DNA of 30,342 bases from Opitutales bacterium (GTDB lineage: Bacteria; Verrucomicrobiota; Verrucomicrobiia; Opitutales; Coraliomargaritaceae), in contig JBMYNR010000018.1 of assembly GCA_049598495.1 (NCBI GenBank), positions 1 to 30,342 of the forward strand. Direction: 5' to 3'. The notes under the pieces are model-generated. The model worked only from the letters and a program-made list of their open reading frames with translations. It had not been told where the DNA came from and did no database searches. Below are positions 8,721 through 18,866 of the stretch, piece after piece (positions within the stretch are counted from its first letter, which is position 1; every line of letters starts with the position of its first letter). The position numbers and the translations under genes are program-made.

Positions 8721-8767
8721 TTTGACCCATTTCAACCCATATCGCCCCACTTCGCCCCACTCGTCAA
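8721..8767 (-). promoter_or_regulatory. mraZ promoter with four MraZ boxes
   Basis: Minus strand reads TTGACG (8767-8762) then GTGGG, GTGGG, ATGGG, ATGGG at exact 10-nt period (CCCAY at 8756, 8746, 8736, 8726 on +). Matches the known MraZ direct-repeat operator architecture. Confidence 0.85.
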
Positions 8768-8801
8768 GCTGTTTCTACATGAATTTTTAACGGAAGTGCA
8801 C

Positions 8802-8810
8802 TGTGAATAA
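8802..8810. promoter_or_regulatory. Single DnaA-box-like 9-mer upstream of mraZ
   Basis: TGTGAATAA (reverse complement TTATTCACA) fits TTWTNCACA. Intergenic, 35 nt upstream of the putative -35. Confidence 0.35.
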
Positions 8811-8982
8811 GTGAGTTAAGTTATACGACTCCCATGAGAAGGTTCCTTGAATGACAGATTCACAGCCGAATCAATTTCGCCTGAATTTTCGCCCGAGTTC
8901 CCTCGCAAGCCAATTGGCCGCAGCACTCCGCCTGGCCGCGATCACTCGGACATTTCCATGATAAAATACTTTACATATCATC

Positions 8983-9002
8983 ATATCATTATAACTTGAT
9001 AC
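8983..9002. promoter_or_regulatory. SahR-like palindromic operator immediately upstream of metF
   Basis: ATATCAT-TATAAC-TTGATAC, a 20-bp imperfect palindrome of the ATATCAA-N6-TTGATAT type, in an AT-rich patch ending 4 nt before the metF ATG. Confidence 0.55.
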
Positions 9003-9006
9003 GTTT

Positions 9007-9900
9007 ATGCCCGAAATTTCACTCCAGCAACGATTCGCCTCAGACGAGCCACTTTTTTCGGTTGAGTTCTTTCCGCCTAAGTCGGATGCAGCCGCCGAGC
9101 AGCTTCTGCTCACAGCCGAGCACCTCCGGGCCTTCAAGCCCGATTTCGCCTCGATTACTTACGGGGCGGGCGGCAGCACCCGAAGCCGCACCCTAAAGTA
9201 TGCCCGTCACCTTCGCGATGATTACGGTTATCAGGTCATGCCTCACCTCACCTGTGTTGGTCACTCAAAAGAGGAGCTCAAGGAAATCATCACTGAATTC
9301 AAGGCAGCCGGCCTCAAGCAGATCATGGCTTTGCGTGGAGACCCGCCGAATGGCGAAACCAATTTCACCCCCCACCCCAATGGTCTCCAATACGCAAACG
9401 AACTCGTACAACTGATCCACGACAACTTCCCGGAATGCACGATCGGGGTCGCCGGCTACCCGGAAAAGCATCCGGAGGCACCGTCGCTGGAGATCGACCT
9501 GCTTCATCTTAAGCGAAAAGTCGATACGGGTGCCCATTTTGTCACCACTCAGCTCTTCTTCGACAACCGCATCTATTTCGACTTCGTTGAGCACGCACGT
9601 CAGGCCAACATCCGGGTTCCGATCCTCCCGGGCCTGATGAGTATTAACTCCCTCAGTCAGGCGCTCCGCTTTTGCGACATGTGCGGCACCTCCATGCCGA
9701 AGAAGTTAAGGACCGCTCTCGAAGCGGCCGGAGAGGACAAAGCAGCCGTTGAGGCCATCGGGATGGATTGGGCCTACCAGCAAGCCCGCGAGCTCCTGGA
9801 AAATGGCGCGCCAGGCATTCATCTTTACATCCTCAACCGTAAAGGCCCCGCTATTCAACTGATGAACAAGCTCCAATCCGCCGGTTTCTACAAGCGATGA
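9007..9900 (+). CDS. metF: 5,10-methylenetetrahydrofolate reductase
   Basis: SVEFFPPK, SITYGAGGS, PHLTC, ALRGDPP, VAGYPEKHPE, TQLFFDN and GIHLYILN. Confidence 0.97.
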   Translation: MPEISLQQRFASDEPLFSVEFFPPKSDAAAEQLLLTAEHLRAFKPDFASITYGAGGSTRSRTLKYARHLRDDYGYQVMPHLTCVGHSKEELKEIITEFKAAGLKQIMALRGDPPNGETNFTPHPNGLQYANELVQLIHDNFPECTIGVAGYPEKHPEAPSLEIDLLHLKRKVDTGAHFVTTQLFFDNRIYFDFVEHARQANIRVPILPGLMSINSLSQALRFCDMCGTSMPKKLRTALEAAGEDKAAVEAIGMDWAYQQARELLENGAPGIHLYILNRKGPAIQLMNKLQSAGFYKR

Positions 9901-10199
9901 AACCCAAGGATATCCAGTTGATCGGAACCGAACTGGCCGTGATTTGGGATGACGGCAGCGAAAGCTACTACCCTTCCGAGTTTCTCAGAAAATATTCACC
10001 GAGCGCACAGAACATCGGTGAGAAGGACATCTTCGGCGTACAATACGGTGGCGACGGCCCGAGGGAATTTCCCGGGGTCACCATTCGTTCTTGGGAATTC
10101 CAGGGAAACTACGCGATACGCCCCATCTTCAGCGATGGACACAGTAGCGGGCTATTTAGTTGGGAGTATCTACAGAAGCTCGACAAAGAGCTCCCATAA
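9897..10199 (+). CDS. DUF971 / GBBH-like N-terminal domain protein
   Basis: LAVIWDDG, LRKYSPSA and GNYAIRPIFSDGHSSGLFSWEYL pattern. ATGA overlap with metF. Confidence 0.85.
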   Translation: MKPKDIQLIGTELAVIWDDGSESYYPSEFLRKYSPSAQNIGEKDIFGVQYGGDGPREFPGVTIRSWEFQGNYAIRPIFSDGHSSGLFSWEYLQKLDKELP

Positions 10200-10294
10200 A
10201 GCTTTCGCAAAGCAACCAATTTAAACAAACGTCGAGCGGTGCCACCTATAAACAATAATGGCAATTACACAGCGCTCAAGCGGTTGTCGGTAGA

Positions 10295-11920
10295 CTAGTG
10301 AGGTAGCACCATGAAAACGAAGGCCATGACGAGCGTCGGGAAGAGCGCTCCCAAGAGCAACTTAAGCGGGGAAATCCCTTCCTTAAAATACTTGCTAAGT
10401 ATACTCTGACCAGCCGGATTCGGAGCATTAGCAATCACCGTTAAGCCACCACCGGTGACGGCACCGGCCACCACAGCATATTGAAGCCCCTGTGCGCTCG
10501 CCAAAGCCTCTCCGGTTTTGGCGACCCAACCGTCTGCACTCCATGCCTCCGGACTGAAGACAGGGACCTGCGACGCGAGATAGGTAATCGCAGCATTGTC
10601 GTTAAACGCCGTCAGGACTGTAGCACCAACAAAGAGTGGCACCTCGGTAAGAGCAGATAGCACCGGAGAAATCCACCACCCCTGAAGGCCACCATGGGTG
10701 ACTAAACCGGCCAGAAAGAAGCCGACCAATAGCGGCGATTTCAATTGGATATCATACTGGTGGTGATGTGTCGCCATGATGAAAGCTAGAAAGAAGAGAA
10801 ATCCGCCAATGAAGAAGGCCGGATGGTGCAGAGTCACCACGGTCCATGCGACAAACATAAGGTGAACCACAATAATCCATGCCGGGACCGGCTCGGGATT
10901 CGGTTCCAGCGCTTTCTCTCGCGCGATCTCTTTGGCACGTTCCCCCAGCGAGGCGAAATTCTTACGGAAGATTAAGAAGTAGACGCTTGTGGCGATGAGT
11001 ATACCAATAATTGCCCGCCAACCGAAGTGGGTAAACATGAACGGCATATTCCAGTCCCATGTGCCCGCCACCATCAGCACCGGTGGCGCCGCAAAGTGAG
11101 TCAAAGTGCCACCGACCGATATATTCACGAAGAGTAGACCGAGTGTCGCGTATTTAAATGTGCGTGAAGGATCTAGAATATAAAATTGGTGACCAAGGAG
11201 CAGAGCGGCAATAGTCATGGCAGCAGGCTCGGTGATAAAGGAACCAAGAAGCGGAGCCACAATTAGGATGGAAAGCCACCAAGCCGCCGGGGACTGCCTG
11301 CCGATCGATGCCACCCAACGCATGGACGACTCCGCGAACTGGATAACAGGGCGACTGGAAGCAATCGCCATGATAATCACCACAAACATGGGTTCCGTGA
11401 AGTTGCGTGTATCGACGTAAAACGCAGCAACCATCAATCCGTCAGGCTGCATTAGAACGAGTGAGATGAGCAGCGGGATCAACCAGATGCCGAAGATCGC
11501 TTCGACCTCCCCCATAAAATGGAACATCGTTGCTTTGAAACTCACCGGCTCTTTCCCTTCAACATACATCTTCTGGTGCGAGCTCACCGCCGCGCGGTGC
11601 TCGACCTCGTATTTATGAGCAAGGTTGTTGAACTTTGTAGCCAGAAAGGTGTGGATCACTGCGCAAAAGAAGATCAGAGTCGCAACCACATTGAACGGAT
11701 CAGCAACCGCTCGCACCTTGATTTGATCAAAGAGACTCAGCTCACGCCCCAATTCATCGGCCTTGTGCGCTTCCATTTCGGCATAGGAAGCCTCGGGAAT
11801 GGGGAACACGAGATCACTCGCGTGGGGATCGGCACCGCCCCCGGCAAAGGCTTGGCTCGTCAAGAGAAAGCCAAGGAGCAGGGAGATTCGGAAAAGAAAT
11901 GAGACAGGTGTGAGTTTCAT
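10295..11920 (-). CDS. Putative Na+/H+ antiporter (DUF1504-like) membrane protein
   Basis: Many TM helices. Motifs GEVEAIFGIW, LGSFITEPAAMT, NISVGGTLTHFAAPPVLMVA, DNAAITYL and GGGLTVIANAPNPAG. ATG 11920 (MKLTPV) preferred over the track start at 11935. Confidence 0.8.
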   Translation of the reverse strand: MKLTPVSFLFRISLLLGFLLTSQAFAGGGADPHASDLVFPIPEASYAEMEAHKADELGRELSLFDQIKVRAVADPFNVVATLIFFCAVIHTFLATKFNNLAHKYEVEHRAAVSSHQKMYVEGKEPVSFKATMFHFMGEVEAIFGIWLIPLLISLVLMQPDGLMVAAFYVDTRNFTEPMFVVIIMAIASSRPVIQFAESSMRWVASIGRQSPAAWWLSILIVAPLLGSFITEPAAMTIAALLLGHQFYILDPSRTFKYATLGLLFVNISVGGTLTHFAAPPVLMVAGTWDWNMPFMFTHFGWRAIIGILIATSVYFLIFRKNFASLGERAKEIAREKALEPNPEPVPAWIIVVHLMFVAWTVVTLHHPAFFIGGFLFFLAFIMATHHHQYDIQLKSPLLVGFFLAGLVTHGGLQGWWISPVLSALTEVPLFVGATVLTAFNDNAAITYLASQVPVFSPEAWSADGWVAKTGEALASAQGLQYAVVAGAVTGGGLTVIANAPNPAGQSILSKYFKEGISPLKLLLGALFPTLVMAFVFMVLPH

Positions 11921-12058
11921 TGCTCCCACACACAAGCTTCGCGGCGATACGAGGCAAGACCTTTTCCATTGAAGGAAATCGAATGGCCCGCCGGGTCGAT
12001 CGTCCTCATGGCATATCCGTGCCGTTGATTGTCGGCCTGGATGAGGGTCATACCGGAA

Positions 12059-12610
12059 CTACTCCTCGCCTGAACCGGCCTGCTCGACGGGGATACGATC
12101 CCCAGGGTGATTTCGGCGAAATTGGTAGCGATTAATATCCTGAAGCGAGAGTTCATCGGCCATATCCCGGAAGCGGCGAGTATCCTGAAGCATCATCGAG
12201 TAGAGTTGCCGGTCGGCGACCAATTGCGCCTTGTCATCCATTTCGATGCCAGCCTTCTCATGCAACTGCTTCATCTTTTTATCCCATTGAGACATTTCCT
12301 TCGCCATCACATGACGCTCCAGTTGTTTGGTTCTGAAAATCACCTTCTGCTTGTCTTCGGCCAGACGAATCGGTGCTTTTTTGCCCCCGAGCGCGGTGAA
12401 ATGTTTGTCCCATTCTTGGATTTCAAAGCTCTTTTCAGAAAAGGCAGTCTGCTTCGATGTCGCCCAGAATTTCTTTTCGAAACGCTGACTCTCAATCCTG
12501 TCCGCCTTACGCGCCACAAATCCAGTCGTAGGTGTATTTCCCATTGTATAGCCAGCTGTCATAATAACAGCGAGGATCAGATAGATGACCAGAGGGATGC
12601 GTATTTTCAT
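12059..12610 (-). CDS. Hypothetical exported protein
   Basis: Fills the gap. MKIRIPLVIYLILAVIMTAG looks like a signal peptide or anchor, followed by a charged soluble region. ATG 12610 preferred. Confidence 0.65.
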   Translation of the reverse strand: MKIRIPLVIYLILAVIMTAGYTMGNTPTTGFVARKADRIESQRFEKKFWATSKQTAFSEKSFEIQEWDKHFTALGGKKAPIRLAEDKQKVIFRTKQLERHVMAKEMSQWDKKMKQLHEKAGIEMDDKAQLVADRQLYSMMLQDTRRFRDMADELSLQDINRYQFRRNHPGDRIPVEQAGSGEE

Positions 12611-12743
12611 TTTTGAAAGGAGGTTTGATAGAGCGCCCAACCCTGGAAATCAAGAATGAAGGGCGACGGCTCCACCCGAGTTTGAACTCGTCTCAAGCGT
12701 TGACGGGGTCGCTCGCAGTCTTCTAAATCCGCCGTTTTCAAAA

Positions 12744-15308
<2,565 letters not shown>

Positions 15309-15342
15309 GCATGCCGTGAACCTATTGCCCCATATAAGAGCC

Positions 15343-16164
15343 ATGGCTTCCTCGCAAACAGTCTTGGATTGTAACTCGAAAAGCTGGCTCCTCATGACTC
15401 TCCTCCTGTGCCCAATCGCGCTTCAGGCGGCTCAGCTTGTTCCCTCCAATGCGATGATTACGAGCCGAACGGGCTCCGTGAGCATGGCAGCGGACACCCA
15501 AGGCAAGGGCACGAAACCCGGCATTCGCGAGATCATTCTACCGACAGGAAGCAAATGGAACACCGCAGAGGACGCTACCGTGTTCTTAGCCTTTTCCAAT
15601 GGTGTGGGCCTGGGCATCGATGCCGCAAGCGAGGTCCACTGTGTGGAGTATTCCCAGCGCCCATTCCGCGAAAACGAAGAAGGCTTCGAATATGAACCCT
15701 CCGTTTCCAAATTACACATAAAGCTGAACTCCGGGCAGATTGCCATCTCCGGTAACCAGCTTTCGCCACTTTCCGATGTAAAAGTCATCCTCCCTGTAGG
15801 CAGTATAAAAGTCCACAAGGGTAGCCATTTGATTCGTTACGATTCCCTTGGCCTCTTTGTTGCCACGAGTAAAGGTAACCTCAGCTACGAATACCTGGAT
15901 GGAAGATCCCGCGAATTTGTTACCTCAGGCAAGACTGTCTTCATCACCGAACGGACCGCGGCTAACAAGCAAATCGCAAAAACAGGTTCGATCAATGAAC
16001 TGAAGTCGGAAACCGTGATTCTCATGCAGGCGACCGATCACGCCAGCCGCCGGGTGATCTTTAAAGCGAATGATGACAGCGGGAACCCACCTCAGCCTGT
16101 TATGATTGTCAGGCCCGAATATTTCCAGCAAGCTAGCCTTCGACCCTACCAGTTCTTGGATTAG
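15343..16164 (+). CDS. Exported protein with FecR-like beta domain
   Basis: Signal-peptide-like WLLMTLLLCPIALQA. The pattern T..DATVFLAFSNG...ASEV...LNSGQI...LPVGSIKV resembles a FecR domain. The track start at 15157 overlaps leuS; ATG 15343 (or 15394) preferred. Confidence 0.55.
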   Translation: MASSQTVLDCNSKSWLLMTLLLCPIALQAAQLVPSNAMITSRTGSVSMAADTQGKGTKPGIREIILPTGSKWNTAEDATVFLAFSNGVGLGIDAASEVHCVEYSQRPFRENEEGFEYEPSVSKLHIKLNSGQIAISGNQLSPLSDVKVILPVGSIKVHKGSHLIRYDSLGLFVATSKGNLSYEYLDGRSREFVTSGKTVFITERTAANKQIAKTGSINELKSETVILMQATDHASRRVIFKANDDSGNPPQPVMIVRPEYFQQASLRPYQFLD

Positions 16165-16178
16165 GGTATACTGCCCTC

Positions 16179-17033
16179 ATGGATTACACGGCCTCCAAAT
16201 TTCTACCTCCCGACTATGCGGGCCAGCCAATTGGCCTCATCGCAGGCAAGGGGCTCTACCCGATCCTGACAGCTAAGCGCATTCAGGAGGCGGGTCTGCC
16301 GCTCCGCATGATCTCTTTTAAAGGAGAGACTGAGCAAAGCCTGATCGACGCTGTCCCTAAAGCGAATCAAATCCAGATCAAGGTCGGCCAACTGGGCAAA
16401 CTGCTCAAATCGCTCCAAAAGCTGGGCTGCTGCTACGCACTGATGGCAGGGCAAATTACGCCGAAACGTCTCTTTCGTGGCCTCCATCCGGACCTTAAAG
16501 CGCTTGCCATTCTAAACAGCTTAAAGATCAAGAATGCCGAGACGATTTTTGGCGCGATTGCCGGCGAGGTCGAGAGTCTCGGTATTCACATGTTGGATGC
16601 GCGCAGCTTTCTCGATGAGGAATTGGCCACCAAAGGTTCTATGACGGGGAAAAAGACCAAAGTAGCATCTGAATTTATCGATCATGGGATCGAAATCGCC
16701 AAGGGGATCGCAGAGTTGGATATCGGCCAAGGCGCAGTCGTCCGGAAAGGTACCGTACTGGCGGTCGAGGCTTACGAAGGCACCGACCCGATGCTTAAGC
16801 GCGCGGGCAGCTTCAAGACAGACGGTTTGATCTTCGTGAAAACAGTTAAGAAGAAACAGGACTTTCGTTTCGATGTACCGGTATTCGGTGAGCGGACTCT
16901 CGAGGTGATGCACGAAGCAGGCATCGAGACCGCAGCCCTCGAGGTTGGGCGCGTGATCATGCTCGATAAGCCAACGCTCCTGAAGAAAGCTATAAAATTA
17001 AAAATCGAGCTAATCGGCTACTCCTTCGATTGA
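16179..17033 (+). CDS. lpxI: UDP-2,3-diacylglucosamine pyrophosphatase LpxI
   Basis: IGLIAGKG, GQLGK, MAGQI, LDIGQGAVV, AVEAYEGTD and QDFRFDVPVFG. Confidence 0.9.
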   Translation: MDYTASKFLPPDYAGQPIGLIAGKGLYPILTAKRIQEAGLPLRMISFKGETEQSLIDAVPKANQIQIKVGQLGKLLKSLQKLGCCYALMAGQITPKRLFRGLHPDLKALAILNSLKIKNAETIFGAIAGEVESLGIHMLDARSFLDEELATKGSMTGKKTKVASEFIDHGIEIAKGIAELDIGQGAVVRKGTVLAVEAYEGTDPMLKRAGSFKTDGLIFVKTVKKKQDFRFDVPVFGERTLEVMHEAGIETAALEVGRVIMLDKPTLLKKAIKLKIELIGYSFD

Positions 17034-17058
17034 TTCATCGGAAGCGCCTTTAATTCGG

Positions 17059-17604
17059 CTACGGCCTCTTGCCTCGCGGTGCATCCGAATCGGCCATCGG
17101 GCGCTCGCTAGAATCCACCGGATGAAGCGCCTGATACAGAGCAATATCTGGAATATCAACCACAACCTGAATCATGAAACGAAACACAAGAATCGCGATC
17201 ACTTGAACCGCCGCGTCGAGGACATCAATAAAAACCGCCGCAAGCGAGGTATAGTAGAAGAGTGAGACAACCGTCCCGAGCACAACGACGATGATGGCCA
17301 ACCAGGACAGCAGATCGATGAGCAGACGTAGATCCTGATAGGCCGACTCGGCACGTATCGCAGAACGTAAATTGCAAGTTTCGGAGAGCGATGATGGTCG
17401 ATGCTGCCCGCGCACGGTTTCCTGAGTGGATTGGCTTTCAGAAGGACGCCGACGTCGACGACTTGCCTCGCCGGATTCGCCACCAACCCGTTCGCGTGCC
17501 CGCTGATACGCATCGAAGGCTTGCCTCCACTGATGATCCGTCATGTCACGAGAACTCGGGTCCATCTTTTCTCGGGCGGCCTTAAACGTTTCGAAATCGT
17601 CCAT
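17059..17604 (-). CDS. Hypothetical membrane protein (soluble N-terminus, two C-terminal TM helices)
   Basis: Directly follows the upstream gene. Charged helical N-domain, Arg/Ser-rich linker, two hydrophobic segments. ATG at 17604 or 17616. Confidence 0.7.
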   Translation of the reverse strand: MDDFETFKAAREKMDPSSRDMTDHQWRQAFDAYQRARERVGGESGEASRRRRRPSESQSTQETVRGQHRPSSLSETCNLRSAIRAESAYQDLRLLIDLLSWLAIIVVVLGTVVSLFYYTSLAAVFIDVLDAAVQVIAILVFRFMIQVVVDIPDIALYQALHPVDSSERPMADSDAPRGKRP

Positions 17605-17608
17605 CAGA

Positions 17609-18553
17609 TTAATCATCTACTCTCAAATTAAAACGCCCGAAAACCGACTCACCTTCAAGCTGTATCTGCGCAAATAAACGATACCAACCCGGATTGGGAA
17701 CGTTAAAAAGGAAGGCCAAATCGGTGTCCTTCTCTTGGCCCTTAGGCAGACCAGCCACTCGAACATCGGCCACACTATCGACCGGGTGCATGTGCGCAAA
17801 ACCCAGCGCCCGCTCATCAAACGCCACCATATGACCTTTGGCGCCCATGACCATCTCAAGCTCCGCGGGGGCACCAGTCTCCAAATCGGAAATTTCCAGC
17901 TCTAGGCGATAATCGCGACCGGTCTTCAGTGCTGCGGGAGCACCGTGCAACACAAACTGAACCCCATCACTGCAGCTCCGAATCGAACGTTCAAACACCG
18001 GTTTTGCAACCTCCCCGGCCACCTCCAGTTCGGAAAGCGCAATCGCCTGTCGACGGCTACGCACAGGCACGATCTCAGTAAAAACACGATACGTTCCTGC
18101 CTTCTTTGGCACGAATTCAAAGCGGTAAATTCCGTCCAAGCCTTCGGGTTCGGGGTGCAGGTGATGATAATCCTCGAGCGATGGATCAATCACCATCAAA
18201 TGTATCTTCTCGGTATGGGTGGTGGCCAATTCGTGGGCGGCAATCGGCATCCCGCCCGCAGTTTTCAACTTCAGTGCAACCTTAGACTTGATCCCTGGTT
18301 TGAGTGGTCGATCGGTTGCTAGACTCGCCTCAACCGGGTAGCTCAATACGGACAGGTCAATAAACCCGGCATGGTTGGTTGCACAGAGTTCGATTTCTCC
18401 GTCGGCATTGACGATTTCGACATAGTGCAGAAAGCCACACTCCGCATAGGGCAGAGAACGCAATACAAAGAACGCAGCCACAAACAGAAGACTTAGCGAA
18501 GCAACGCTGAGCCAGGTTCGTTTGCTGGAGGGATCTTGAGCGGGCTTTGACAT
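17609..18553 (-). CDS. Membrane-anchored protein with duplicated His motifs (putative heavy-metal-binding)
   Basis: N-terminal TM, then two internal repeats: HLMVIDPSLEDYHHLHP...GTYRVF and GHMVAFDERALGFAHMHP...GWYRLFAQ. Confidence 0.7.
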   Translation of the reverse strand: MSKPAQDPSSKRTWLSVASLSLLFVAAFFVLRSLPYAECGFLHYVEIVNADGEIELCATNHAGFIDLSVLSYPVEASLATDRPLKPGIKSKVALKLKTAGGMPIAAHELATTHTEKIHLMVIDPSLEDYHHLHPEPEGLDGIYRFEFVPKKAGTYRVFTEIVPVRSRRQAIALSELEVAGEVAKPVFERSIRSCSDGVQFVLHGAPAALKTGRDYRLELEISDLETGAPAELEMVMGAKGHMVAFDERALGFAHMHPVDSVADVRVAGLPKGQEKDTDLAFLFNVPNPGWYRLFAQIQLEGESVFGRFNLRVDD

Positions 18554-18866
18554 GTAAGAGTAATGTCACAATAGGTTGGAGATAGCAATTTCCGCAAGTC
18601 ACAAACCCGAGCCAAGCGAGAGGAAACGGCGCTCGTGCTCAGACCTGACTGGGGAATTTTCAGATGCTCTCTAGAATACCATGCTCGCCTCAAAGGAGAA
18701 CAAGCCCTCTAACGGATCAGTGATCCATGACTTTAGAGCACAGGCAAACGGTGCCAATCTGAAGGACGGCGCGTGATCCGATTCCTTCGGATCGGTCTTG
18801 TCACCAGCTCGGAACGGCGAGCACGCCCCACCCCAAAATCAAAGCACGCCGATTAGGGATGAGGCA

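Noticed and set aside
12673..12692. CGAG-TTTGAA-CTCG hairpin upstream of leuS resembling a tRNA T-arm or T-box piece
   Set aside because: 6-nt loop, no acceptor/CCA, no cloverleaf and no T-box consensus.
12625..12726. 33-codon TTG-started ORF with six Leu codons upstream of leuS as an attenuator peptide
   Set aside because: The TTG abuts the SD-like sequence, the Leu codons are scattered, and no terminator follows.
18743..18757. TTGGCACCGTTTGC on the minus strand as a sigma54 promoter
   Set aside because: GG-to-GC spacing is 8 nt rather than the required 10.
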